From Cetorhinus maximus (Eukaryota): DNA of 64,000 bases. The DNA is taken from NCBI RefSeq assembly GCF_964194155.1, contig NC_135888.1, positions 112,592,001 to 112,656,000 on the forward strand, written 5' to 3'. Below the pieces are notes generated by a model. It had not been told where the DNA came from. It made no database searches and saw nothing but the letters and a program-made list of their open reading frames with translations. The position numbers were made by a program, and so were the translations under genes. Shown here piece after piece: positions 35,261 to 48,143 of the stretch; the stretch's first letter is position 1, and every line of letters starts with the position of its first letter.

Positions 35261-38200
35261 CTAATAAAGGACTGGGAACCAGTGAATGTGGCCAGTAGGA
35301 CTAAGTGGAAGGGCAGGCAGGGGGAAATTACTGAACACAGTGGGACTGGGGGTCTGAAATGCATTTGTTTCAATGCGAGAAGTATAACAGGCAAGGTAGA
35401 TGAGCTTAGAGCTTGGATTAGTACTTGGGACTATGATGTTATTGCTATTACAGAGACTTGGTTGAAGGATGGACAGGATTGGCAGATAAACGTTCCAGGA
35501 TTTAGATGTTTCAGGCAGGATAGAGAGGGATGTAAAAGATAAAAGCAAAAAACTGCGGATGCTGGAAATTGAAAACAAAAACAAAAATACCTGGAAAAAC
35601 TCAACAGGTCTGGCAGCATCTGCGGAGAGGAGCACAGTTAACATTTTGAGTCCGCATGACTCTTCAACAGAACTAAGGAAAAATAGAAAAGGGGTGAAAT
35701 ATAAGCTGGTTTAAGGGGGGTGTTGGGACAAGAGAGCTGTTTAGAGGGCCAGTGATAGGTGGAGACAACCAAAAGATGTCACAGACAAAAGGACAAAGAG
35801 GTGTTGAAGGTGGTGATATTATCTAAAGGAATGTGCGAATTGAGGGTAGAAAGCAGGACAAGCAAGGTACAGATAGCCCTAGTGGGGGTGGGGTGGGGTG
35901 AAGGAATCAAAAAAGGCTAAAAGGTAGAGATAAAACAATGGATGGAAATACATTTAAAAATAATGGAAATAGGTGGGAAAAGAAAAATCTATATAAATTA
36001 TTGGAAAAAACAAAAAGGAGGGGGAAAAATCAGAAAGGGGGTGGGGATGGAGGAGAGAGTTCATGATCTAAAATTGTTGAACTCAATATTCAGTCCGGAA
36101 GGCTGTAAAGTGCCGAGTCGGAAGATGAGGTGCTGTTCCTCCAGTTTGCATTGAGTTTCATTGGAACAATGCAGCAGGCCAAGGACAGACATGTAGGCAT
36201 GAGAGGAAGGTGGAGTGTTGAAATGGCAAGCGACAGGGAGGTCTGGGTAATACTTGCGAACAGAACGAAGGTGATCTGCAAAGCGGTCACCCAGACTGCG
36301 TTTAGTCTCTCCAATGTAGAGGAAACTGCATTGGGAGCAACGAATTCAGTATACTAAGTTGAGGGAAGTACAGGTGAAATGCTGCTTCACTTGAAATGAG
36401 TGTTTGGGCCCGTGGACGGTGAGGAGAGGGGAAGTAAAGGGGCAGGTGTTGCATCTTCTGGGGTTGCATGGGAAGCTGCCGTGGGAGGGGGTTGAGGTGT
36501 AGGGGGTGATGGAGGAGTGGACCAGGGTGTCACAGAGGGAACGATCCCTACTTAATACCACCAGGGGGGTTGAAGGGAAGATGTGTTTGGTGGTGGCATC
36601 ATGCTGGAGTTGGCGGAAATGGCGAAGGATGGTCCTTTGAATGCGGAGGCTGGTGGGGTGATAAGTGAGGACAGGGGGGACCCTATCATGTTTCTGGGAG
36701 GGAGAAGAAGGTGTGAGGGCGGATGCGCGGGAGATGGGCCGGACACGGTTGAGAGTCCTGTCAACCACCTTGGGTGGAAAACCTCAGTTAAGGAAGAAGG
36801 AGGACATGTCAGAGGAACTGTTTTTCAAAGTGGCATCATCAGAACAGATACGACGGAGGCGAAGGAACTGAGAGAATGGGATGGAGTCCTTACAGGAAGC
36901 GGGGTGTGAGGAGCTGTAGTCGAGGTAGCTGTGGGAGTCAGTAGGCTTGTAATGGATATTGATGGACAGTCTATCACCAGAAATTGAGACAGAGAGGTCA
37001 AAGAAGGGAAGGGAAGTGTCAGAGATAGACCATGTGAAAATGATGGAGGGCTGGAAATTAGAAGCAAAATTAATAAAATTTTCCAGGTCCAGACGAGAGC
37101 ATGAAGCAGCACCGAAGTAATCATAGATGTACCGGAGAAAGAGTTGTGGGAGGGGGCCGGAGTAGGACTGGAACAAGGAATGGTCTACATACCCCATAAA
37201 GAGACAGGCATAGCTGGGGCCCATGCGGGTACCCATAGCCACACCTTTTATTTGGAGGAAATGAGAGGAGTTTAAGGAGAAATTGTTCAGTGTGAGAACA
37301 ATTTCAGCCAGACGGAGGAGAGTAATGGTGGATGGGGATTGTTCGGGCCTCTGTTCAAGGAAGAAGCAGAGAGCCATCAGACCATCCCGGTGGGGGATGA
37401 AGGTGTAGAGGGATTGGACGTCCATGGTGAAGAGGAAGCAGTTGGGGCCAGGGAACTGGAAATTGTTGATATGATGTATCATATGGGATGTAGAAGAGAT
37501 GGGGGAGTTGCACTGCTGGTTAAGGGGAATATCACAGCTGTACGACAGGAGGACACCTCTTTGGGCTCATGCAGCGAGGCAATATGGGTAGAGCTCCGGA
37601 ATAGGAAGGGGGCAGTCACAATGTTGGGGGTTTACTATAGGCCTCCCAGTTGCCGAAGGGAGATTGAGGAACAGTTATGTAGGCAGATTTTGGAAAGATG
37701 TAAAAGCAATAGGGTTGTTGTAGTGGGTGATTTTAACTTTCCCTATATTGACTGGGAATCACTTAGTGCTAGGGGTTTGGATGGTGCAGAATTTGTAAGG
37801 TGCATCCAGGAGGGCTTCCTGAGACAATATGCAGATAGTCCAAGTAGGGAAGGGGCAATACGGGACCTGGTATTAGGGAATGAACCCGGCCAGGTTGTCG
37901 AAGTTTCAGTAGGAGAGCATTTCGGGAAAAGTGACCATAATTCAGTAAGTTTCAAGATACTGGTGGATAAGGAAAACAGGAGTCCTCAGGTTAAGGTGCT
38001 TAATTGGGGGAAGGCTAATTATAACAATATTAGGCAGGAACTGAGGAATCTAGACTGGAGGCGGATGTCTGAAGGCAAATCAACAACTGACTTTCAAACG
38101 TCAGTTGATAAGAATTCAGGACCGGCATGTTCCTGCTAGGATGAAGGATAAGCATGGCAAGTTTCAGGAACCTTGGATAACGAAAGATATTGTGAGATTA

Positions 38201-39290
38201 GTCAAAAAGAAAGGGGAAGCATTCGTAAGGGCTAGAAGGCTGGGAACAGATGAAGCCCGTGGAGAATACAAAGAAAGTAGGAAGAAACTTAAGCAAGGAG
38301 TCAGGAGGGCTAAAAGGGATCATGAAAAGTCACTGGCAACCAGGATTAAGGAAAATCCCAAGGCCTTTTATACATATGTAAAGGGCAAGAGGGTAGTCAG
38401 GGAAAGGGTGGGCCCACTCAGGGACAGAGGTGGGAATCTGTGTGTGGAGCCTGAAGAAATGGGAGAGATACTGAATGAATACTTCTCATCAGTATTCACC
38501 AAAGAGAAGGACTTAGCGGCCGATTTGTCTAGGGAAGAGTGTGTAGATAGCCTGGATCATGTTGAGATCAAAAAAGAGGAGGTGTTAGGCATCTTGAAGA
38601 ATATTAAGGTGGATCAGTCCCCAGGGCCAGATGGGATATACCCCAGAGTACTGAGGGAGGCAAGCGAAGAGATTGCTGGGGCCTTGACAGAAATCTTTGT
38701 ATCCTCATTGGCTACGGGTGAGGTCCCACAGGACTGGAGATTGACCAATGTTGTTCCATTATTTAAGAAGGGTAGCAGGGATAATCCAGGAAATTACAGG
38801 CCGGTGAGCCTTACGTCAGTGGTAGGGAAATTATTGGAGAAGATTCTTCGTGACAGGATTTACTACCATTTGGAAGCAAATGGGCGTATTAGTGAGAGGC
38901 AGCATGGTTTTGTGAAGGGGAGGTCATGTCTCACTAACTTGATCGAGTTTTTCGAGGAAGTGACATAGATGATCGACGATGGAAGGGCAGTGGATGTTAT
39001 ATACATGGATTTCAGTAAGGCCTTTGACAAGGTCCCTCGTGGCAGACTGGTACAGAAGGTAAAATCGCACGGGATCAGAGGTGAGCTGGCAGGATGGATA
39101 TAGAATTGGCTTGGTCATAGAAGACAGAGGATAGCAGTGGAAGGGTGCTTTTCTGAATGGAGAGCTGTGACTAGTGGAGTTCCTCAGGGATGAGTGCTGG
39201 GACCTTTGCTGTTTGTGGTATACATAAATGATTTGGAGGAAAATGTAACTGGGCTAATTAGTAAGTTTGCAGACGACACCAAGGTTGGAG
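35261..39290 (+). mobile_element. CR1 ORF2 (EN to FADD), 3'-truncated, split by Penelope 35540-37484
   Basis: FNARSI..AITETWL (35282..35542) continues as RDGGVALL..YYRPP..GDFN..SDH (37485+) and RT 38105..39290. Confidence 0.93.
35540..37484 (-). mobile_element. Penelope-like element (RT + GIY-YIG), 5'-truncated
   Basis: ORF 36784..37482 (MDVQSLYT, GVAMGT, LRYIYDYF, IHYKPT), CxxC region, GIY-YIG remnant (YIGETKR..DRFADH); about 13-bp TSD GGGATGTA(A/G)AAGA (35527-35539, 37485-37497). Confidence 0.92.
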
Positions 39291-39784
39291 CCTTGTCACC
39301 CAGACCTGTTGTTCAGCAGGCTTCAGATTAGGTCACATGGCCCCCTCATTACCTGCTGCTCAATGCTCAACCCTTGCAAGGCTCCCAAAATGTGCGAGCC
39401 ATGATGGTCCAGATGTGTTCTGACTGGCGTGAAATCCTGCTGGCAGGGCAGGTGATTGGGCAGGGGTGGGGGGATGTGGGAGACAATTCCAATCAGGTGT
39501 TCATTTGAGCCCTGACAATGCAATGCAAAACGGCTGTCCAATGACCTCTAATGGGACTGGCCACTGTCATTATCACACCATGGATCGCAAGTTCCCGCTA
39601 TTATTTCCCAGCATCAGAAAACCAATTTTTCAGTTCCCACCATATTATCTGCCCATACCCGCCATGAACGCCACCACTGGTGGGAGGGGGCAATTGCACC
39701 TTGTGTCTTTAATTCAGGGTAAAATGAAGGGGTCATGTGACCTATTCTGAAGTCTGCTTAACAACAGGCCTGGGTGACATGGCT
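39289..39784. repeat. About 62-bp inverted repeat with ~370-bp spacer
   Basis: 39289-39350 versus the reverse complement of 39723-39784; 7 mismatches by eye. Confidence 0.8.
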
Positions 39785-40395
39785 GTTAAGGATTAAAGGA
39801 ACGCCCAGATTATTTTGCTGGAAAGAGGGTGTAAAGTGTTCACACTTAGAGACAATTGTAGCAGCATTTGAGTATACGGTGGTTAGACCGCTTGTCTGCA
39901 AAGTCCCAGGAAGGTGTCGAGAATATTGGGTTGAAAGCAGTTATGCTTTAAACTGTCCACTTACCACCAGGATAAAAGAGACTTGGGGTCTCAAGGATAG
40001 CTAATCAGCATTTCTAACTGGATACAAGGCCCAGGTGATTCGCATTGCCATGGAGATGGGCTCTGAGAGGGGAAGGTTTCTAAATAACCCTAAAGCTCTC
40101 AGACACAAACAATCTGTCAGGATGTTGGAGAGAAAGCAACTGTGAGCTGAAAGTCTCTGTGGTTCACTACGCAGGAATATGAGTAGGAGCACATGCTTAG
40201 ATTAAAAATACTTGGATTAAAAAGGATTAAAATATGTGAGGAAGTAAAACGAGGTTGGAATATTTGGCTAGCTTGTGTTAGAGAGAGAATCTCCAAGAAA
40301 ACTCTCACCGTGAAGGACAATTCTGGGGTTGCAAGGTCCTAGGCTGTATAAGTTGCCTACCAAAAAGAATGTTTAGATAGTAGGACTTACATTCT

Positions 40396-40549
40396 ACAGA
40401 ATTACCTGGAAAAACTCAGCAGGTCTGGCAGCATCAGTGGAGAAGAAAGACTCTTTTCTTCTCCACCGATGCTGCCAGACCTGCTGAGTTTTTCTAGGTA
40501 ATTCTGTTTTTGTTTTGGATTTCCAGCATCCGCAGTAGTTTTTTGTTTT
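40396..40549. mobile_element. Palindromic Penelope terminal insertion
   Basis: About 54-bp arms (40396-40449 / 40453-40507); perfect 15-bp TSD TAGGACTTACATTCT. Confidence 0.85.
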
Positions 40550-40699
40550 TAGGACTTACATTCTGTTTGTTACAGTAAAAGTATTGAAACATGAAATCTT
40601 GTTGTGTCATTCTTTCGGTTATCAACTGGGAGTTCAAATTTATTTTTTTTAAAGTTATCAGTCTCTATGGGGATCATAAAAATATTAAAAATTGATTTC

Positions 40700-41240
40700 A
40701 CACCAATTACCATTTGCAGTAGAAAGTTTCAAACTTCTCCCAAGCTTTGCATGAAGAAATGTTGCCTAATTTCATTACTGAAAGATCTGGTGCTAATTAT
40801 TTAAATATGCCTCCAGTCCTCGACCTAGAATCCACACCTAGCGGAAATAGATACTTCCAATCTACCACATCTGTTCCCCTTAGTATCTTGAAAATTTAAT
40901 CTCTCCTCAAAGCTTAGCTCAGGAATCATTCTAGCAAGCCTACACTGCATTCCCTCCTAGGTCAATATCCTTCCCGAGGTGTGGTGCCCAGGACAGCTTT
41001 GTATAGCTGAAGCATGACTTTTATCTCCTTGTGTGCTAGTCCTGTAGATATAAAGGCCAGCCCAACACTATTTTTGATTATTTTCCAAACGTGTTCATGA
41101 TATATTAATGATCTATGTACCTGGGCCCCCACGTCTCTTTGGACTTTGACTGTTTCTAGCTTTTCACCATTTGAAAAGTACCAGTTCTATCCTTTTAAAT
41201 CACAAATTGGATGACCTCACATTTATCCACATTGAAACTC
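40700..41240 (-). mobile_element. Decayed CR1 3' fragment
   Basis: Homologous to 30070-30670. Confidence 0.65.
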
Positions 41241-41508
41241 CTTTTCAGCATCCAAAGCACTCCTCGAAATGTTTTCTTTTTAATAAACAATATTATATAG
41301 TTCAAGTGCAAGGCAGTAATCTCATTTAATATTTTAAAAATTCCATTTTATCCAAGATACTTGTCATCACTCCCATTATATTAACCTTTCATCAAAACAT
41401 AGAGCACAACTTTGCATTTCCCCGCAGGCGGGTTTGCAGGCAGGGTTTGGGGTGTAAAATTTCTCAAATGACCTTCTCACCGGCCTCTCCATCCACCCGA
41501 ACTCTCTG

Positions 41509-42204
41509 GGCTGCATCTTCTGGTCGGCGAGCAGGGGGCGGGGCCCGGTCGCCGACACGTAAAACGACGCAGGGTGACATCGGGCAGGCGTCCCAACGTC
41601 AATCCGCGTCATTTACATTTTCAGGTCGGCGGGCGTGCAGCCAAGTTGGTTGCGCACCCGCCGACCTGTCAACAGCCACTTAAGGCCATTAATAAAGTAA
41701 TTGAATCAATCAATGGACCCGCCCGTTCAACCTTAAGGTTGGTGGGCAGGCCGGGAGCCCAGGCAGGCTTCCGAAAAAACATGAAACCTCATCCACGGGC
41801 GGGATGAGGATTCATGAGGGTATTAAAATTGGTATTAAATGTATAAATGGAAGAATTTGACATGTCCCAGCTCATGTGACAGAGGCACATTAGGGAACAT
41901 GTCAGTAAATTTTTTTCTAATCTTTATTCAATGTTTTAAACTTGAGCCAATCTCCCTGAGGCAGCACTTTGCCTCAGGGAGATCTGCGCGCTCTTTCACG
42001 CACTATTGCGAAAGAGCACACTCCCGGCTCAGGGAATCTCCTCCTCGCCTGCACAGGGAGCGCATAGCACTCCCTGGCAGACGTCACGCTGGGTGGGCCT
42101 TAATTGGCCCACCCAGGTAAAATGGCGGCACACCCCCACTTGGGGCCGCTGATCAGAAACCCGCCCGCCCACACCCGCTCCCGACGGGAGGAAAATGTTG
42201 CCCC
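41509..42204. mobile_element. Harbinger-type MITE, family A copy 5 (nested in another GC-rich element, about 41410-42830)
   Basis: Perfect 3-bp TSD CTG (41506-41508, 42205-42207); all five internal palindromes present. Confidence 0.82.
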
Positions 42205-42964
42205 CTGTATATTTACAGTGGGATGGACAAGGACATAGGCTAGCCTGCCCTTGCCAGGCCCTTAGTGTTCAATTAATGACCACTTAAGGGCCGTTTCCTG
42301 CCCAATCTCAATTTTCAGGCCAGCAGGAGAAGTTCAGGGGCAGGGAGGAAACCCGAAAAGTGACCCTTATCATGGCTTGAGTGGGGTGGGGAGGGTGGAG
42401 TGGCACCTCCATCCTTGGCCTCCTTGCAACATCAGGAGCCAACTCCCACCAACCCCCCAACCTCCCACTAAGGTCTGCCCCTCAAGAGTGCTCCCTCAGC
42501 CCTGGTCTCTCTACCAACAGCCCCGCACACCCCCTGCCAAACCCCCTGGGCCTCACCTCCCCTCCACCCTGAGGCCCCCACACTTACCTGGCCCTGGACC
42601 CCCAGGCTTAGACTCTGGGGGCTGCTTGTAGTCCCAGTTCTGTCCACGGCAGCTTCTATGCCGCTGGGGTTACTGCAGCAGCAGCTCTGTGAGTGAGGGC
42701 CGCAAGTCCCATCTCCAGCCAATTAACTCTCCTAATGTCTGCAGGGTAGCCAGTATCGGAGGCGATGCATTCTCCATCGGCTCCCTGAGTTGCAGGCCAG
42801 GAAACCCCACCATCGGAAAATTCCTGGGCTTAAAGATTTTTGAAACTTACATGTTACAAACACAGACAATTTAAAGATTTAAAAATGGAAAGTGCTGAAA
42901 ATATTCATTCGGTGTGGCAGCATCTATGGAGAGAGAAACAGAGTTTTGAGTCTAATATGACTCT

Positions 42965-44520
42965 GGGTGGAACCATCCCAGATTCGCACTAAGCGCAGTT
43001 GCAGGCGGGAGAAAAGATGTTTCACCAGCTGGCCGAAATGGCAACTTTTCGGGCCACATCGTCCCAATCCCACCTCACTAATCATGCATTCCCGGGACAC
43101 ACGCCAGGTGGCTGGCAGGGTGTCCAATCATTTGCCCATCCCGCTGTCACCTCAGTCCTTCGGTAAACCGGATGCCATATTTAAAGGCTGCCCTTGCAAA
43201 GAGTTAGTACTTTTCAAGGGGTCGGAAGCTCCCGTGAACTGATGGCTGCCAAAGGGGGGAAATGTGCTGCCGCAGATTTAGTGACGCCTCCCTCAAGCAT
43301 CTACCAGGCACAGTGGAGGCCCGGCGCGATGACTTCTACCCCAGTCAGGGCGAAGGCCAGCAAGCAAGGTCACCAATCTAGCACGGGAGACGATGGCAGA
43401 GGTGGTCAGCACCAACACCCTGCAAAAGAGGATTCACCCAGTGCACAAAGAGGATGAATGGTCTCATCCACTCTGCCAGGGTAAGTCCTTATTCTCATCA
43501 ATCTCAACTCACACACTCACAAACCCATCACACATGCACAGGGACCTCACATCTCAAGGGGCAACACCAATAACTCTCACATAAATCCTCACATCTCCAA
43601 CAGCCTCATATCCTCTGGAGCTCATGTCCTCATCCTGTCCACGGCTCCGCTCACCACACAAACATTCCATGCAGAGCTATGGGTCCTGCTCACACTCTCT
43701 CCATCTGTTTTCATGCAGGAGAAGCTGACTCACATCAGCAGGGAGAGCAAGGATCAGGGGTGGAGTGGCCCACATTAAGCACCTCACTCACTTTGGGGAG
43801 CGTGCCATTGCACTGACTGGTGAGGGCGTGGACTGTGCCTGCGGCGATGGTGAGGTCAGCAGGAAACACCTACGTGAGGATCCTGCACCACATCATCCAT
43901 CTCTCAACGCAACTGTGAGTGCTCTCTCTCCTGCTTTTGACCCTACTGCCACACTACTAATTATCTCTACTTTGGTTCACAGGGAGCTCTGCCAAGTGAC
44001 CGACACCCTCAGTCAGTCAGTCCCTCAGCTCCATCCAGTTCCTCACCTCCAGCCAAGAGGACACCTCCTCCACTGAAGAGCTAGAAATAAGCAGCCTGGA
44101 AGACCCATCACAGTGCTTACACACACCCTGCACCAGTGCAGAGACACACACCTCAGTGGGGTCTAGATCTAGAGCAGGCTCGGGTTCACAAAATGGTGGT
44201 CACCGCACGGACACGAGTCCACAGCAGGAGGAGGCAGATCCAGCCAAGCTCCCCGACACTTGGAGGACTGCTGGGGAAGAGGCATCTGTGAGGTCTGAGT
44301 CAGATGACGAGCCTCTGGATTCGGCCTTCCAATTCATCGTGGAGAGTCAGCAGAAGGCGGGGGAACATCACGCAGAGCTGTTGGATGCCCTCAACAGAGT
44401 GGCACGGAGAGTACCATGGGGACCCTGGCCAAGCAGAATGGAGATTCGCGCAGACCTTCAGGCCATCACGGTAGCCATGCTTGAATTCCTGCAGTGGCAT
44501 GAGGGGGAAATGGGGCACCC
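42965..44520 (+). mobile_element. Harbinger remnant carrying a decayed, spliced Myb/SANT-like DNA-binding gene (from ATG near 43242)
   Basis: Frameshifted MAAK..RFSDASL..VEARRD..AEVVSTNTLQKR..QCTKRMN.L..SAR|gtaagt, then catgcag|EKLTH..GGVAHIKHLTHFGERAIAL, typical of the Harbinger accessory protein. Confidence 0.75.
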
Positions 44521-44557
44521 TAAAAGTGGGTTTCCCGGGAATTTTTGTTGTCACCTG

Positions 44558-44748
44558 TGAGTCTGTTGGTAGCACTCTTGCCTCTGAATTAGAAAAATGT
44601 GAGTTCGTCTCCAGCTCAAAATCTAGGCTGACGATCTAGCAGTGTACCGAGGGAATGCTACACTGTCAGAGGTGCTGACTTTTGGAAGAAATTAAGCTAA
44701 GGCCCTGCCTGTTCTTTTAGATAGACAAAAAGAATCCTATGGCACTGA
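44558..44748 (+). mobile_element. Deu-domain SINE 5' fragment
   Basis: GGTAGCACTCTTGCCTCTGA..AAAATCTAGGCTGAC..GAGGGAATGCTACACTGTCAGAGGTGC. Confidence 0.65.
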
Positions 44749-47591
44749 ACAAACCAGTCCACAATCAACACGTTTGAAATTTTATTTAGGGGTGAAATGC
44801 ATAGCTGCTGTGGAAAATTCCAGAATACACTTCTAAGGTTTGATATGAAGGCAAATTATAGGCCAAAGTACATTCAGCATATCTAAGCTGCGATATGCCT
44901 AATTAGGACAGCTCAGTGGTGACATTATATGCCTGTAGTGGAAATGCCTTTAATTCCCTTTGTGTTAACATCCTCACCCCTTGTTTAATACAACAACCGC
45001 TGTAAAATATCTAATTTAGTCAAAATTGTCATATAGCGTTGGCAGCTTTTTGCTATATCAGGAACTTCCTTCAAACCTCCTTTAAACATTCTAGTAAAAA
45101 TTCTTTAGTGTAACAAGAAACCAACAATTGCCCTTGCTGTTCCACCCTTCATATCTACAGAATCCTGTATTATAATAACTGGTTTTACTATCCACACCTT
45201 TGTTTACCTCACGGCTAGTAGTGTTCATTTTTATCACAGTACATAGAGATGTGCCTGAGTTACCTAATCAAGAACACACCTTTTCATGTCTCATAATATC
45301 TACAACAATCTCTCAAAACAAGTATTTAAATTTCTTGGCATTGATTTTGACCTGTGGGCAGCAGGAAGTAATGAGGTGGCTGGGTTCAAATTTGGAGCAG
45401 AGGTCAAAAGTCAAATTCCAATCCATCCAATGCTATTGTGAAAGTTTCTAAATCAGAATGTTCGTTTCTTCACACTGTTACAATTTAATATTTTAATTGA
45501 TGGTATTAATGATTAAAAACCCACAGTAAGGATAAGCTTAAACAGAACAAAACTCATATGATATGAGCTTGTATTGGGATCATGATTGCATGGTTCTCTC
45601 TATTGCCAACAAACTAAAAGCATTTGCTATATTATCTTATGGAATTGGACATCTTTAGAAGCTGAAAATACAAGATTTCATTGTGTACAATTCAGAGACC
45701 TGAATCCCTTTACTTCATCGCCAAACATTCTAAAAGATCCACTGTATGATGGAGATCACACTATCTGCAATCTTTGTCACACCATAATACATTAGATGGT
45801 TCAGATGATGTCATAAACTATAAAAGAGCAAGTTGATACAAGGAGTCAAACAGTGGCTTCTCAAATAGCATGGGTTACATTTCTGCAGGGCCCTGTAAAC
45901 TGGAGGTTAAAAAAATAGCTTGTCGTGAACTGAAATTTTGAAAGCTTTCCAACGAGAAAATATATTTAAATAAGGAACTGGTCAACTGTTGGATGTTGTA
46001 CTAAAAAGTAACCTCAAATATTTAACTTGTCACAGAGGGAATATCATTGGTGCAATTTTCATGTATGCACGTTATTTCAGAGGCTGTCATGTTGGCTGAC
46101 ATTTGATTATTTTTCCCTCAGAAAGGATTGGCGGAGTAAAAAAGCATTGCATTTCAGGGTTCCGCTTTCAAGCAAAGTGTATTCACACTGATTGAAAAAA
46201 AAGTTACACAGGTGAAAATGGAGAGATAAGTTTTAATCTTTTTTATTCTCCAAAGATTGTTAATGATAAAACATTTGTTAGTCCGTCTCGGCAATTGATA
46301 AACATCTTTCATCCAATATGTTGGGAAATCTGTAGTCCCAGGTGTTCAGCAGCTAGATCTTGAACAATTTTAACTGCTAGGACACCTCTCCATCCCTGGT
46401 CAGCTACCTGTACAAAATGGGTGGAAAGTGATCGCTGGCCAGCCAGTGGCAGCAGAATTTCAGATGGCAAGATGCCATTTGCCAGGATCAAAGGAATGAT
46501 CATTGGTACTCAGGTAAGTTGCAGGGAGGAGGTTTTGGCAATGTCTCGCTTTCCTGAATGGGTAAGGTGGGGAAACCTGGGTGTCAGGGGAGGCCTAAAT
46601 ACTCCTGCTCCTCTTGGGAACATAAGGAAAGTAAAAAAAAAAAGTAAAATACCTTACTTTCACAAATCGTTGTTGGACCTGGCTCCTCTTCCGGCTATCC
46701 TCATTTAGCAGGACAGACCCAATGACATTCCAGTTCAGGCCACCAGGTAAAATTGCAGTTGGGGCCTGATGATATAATTGGATTCCTATATGAATTTATA
46801 AGCAAGGACCCCATCAGCTTCAGGCAGGTGTCCTTACCACTTGCTGAGAAGGAACCATGGGAATGCTGCCAATTTTAAACTGCCTGTCCATCTGATATAC
46901 AGCAGGCAGGTAGGGTTAAAATCACCACCTCTATTTTCTGTCATGGTCCATCTGTAAAGATCAGCTTGGAGAATTATGCAAAGATCATTATCTTATCATT
47001 GACCAAGGTATAGAGTCCACTAACTTTTATTGTTTGCTTGACCCTTGCATCAATGAATTACTTACATTGCTATTTTTGTTCAAACAAAAGTACCCAAACT
47101 TCATAAGCATCTTCTAACATGTGTATCTCCTACCTCATCCTTTCAGGGTGCAAACTGTGCCAAGAAAAGTTGAGTTGATTTGACCAGATAAACTATGGAT
47201 CAGTAACTGCCCTCCAGATTTACTACAACTTATGAGAACTGTCACAGGAGATCTACAACTATCTATCTATATGATTAAAGTTTTTATATCTGTGTGCCTA
47301 TAAGATTACATTATAGATTATAGATTCTCTTCAATGTTACTGACCTCTCCAATGCAAAGCAAAGTGATTACATAATCATGAGCAATCAATCCGAACACAC
47401 TCAGCTTCTCTACTCTGCCAGTATATACTGACCCTTAACACCACTACATGACCCAGAATCATAACTAGGAAATTAAGTAAGCAACTTCAAATAATAAATT
47501 AGCGAAAATGGATCTACAATGAAATGAAAAGTGAATGTTAAAGGAGAACAAGAAGATCAGAATAAGGAGTATAAAAAGACAAAAAATGAGA

Positions 47592-47948
47592 GTTGGGAAT
47601 GGTATTGTCATTGGATTTATTTTCCAGAGACCCAGGGTATTGTTCTGGGGACCTGAGTTCGAATCCCACCATGGCAGATGGTGAACTTTGAATTCAATAA
47701 AAAATCTGGAATTGAAAGTCTAACGATGACCACGAAACCATTGTCGATTGTCGTAAAAAGTCATCTGGCTCATTAATGTCCTTCAGGGATGGGAATCTGC
47801 CGTCCTCACCTGGTCTGGCCTACATGTGACTCCAGACCCACAGCAATGTGGTTGACTCTTAAATGCCTCTGAAAAGGGTAATTAGGGATGGGCAATAAAT
47901 GCTGGCCTAGCCAGTGTTGCCCACAACCCATGGATGAATAAAAAAAAG
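47592..47948 (+). mobile_element. tRNA-headed SINE (same family as 453-1441)
   Basis: B box GAGTTCGAATCCC, conserved body and GGGATGGGCAATAAATGCTGGCC tail. Confidence 0.85.
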
Positions 47949-48143
47949 TTCTGTGATAAACACAAAAAGAGGCATACAGAAAGATCCAGAAATACACAGA
48001 GTAAGATAAGTACAAAAGACAGAACTAATGGATGGATATTCTTAGTTTAATAAAATGTTACATGCATCCCACAGTAGCATGATTAAGTTTATCCACTGAA
48101 GTGTCTTTTGTCTTTTAATTATTTACTTCAAAACCTCATGCTG

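Noticed and set aside
34158-39290. A single CR1 with a 5' inversion (twin priming)
   Set aside because: The two arms overlap by about 190 bp of RT and differ strongly there, so they are different subfamilies.
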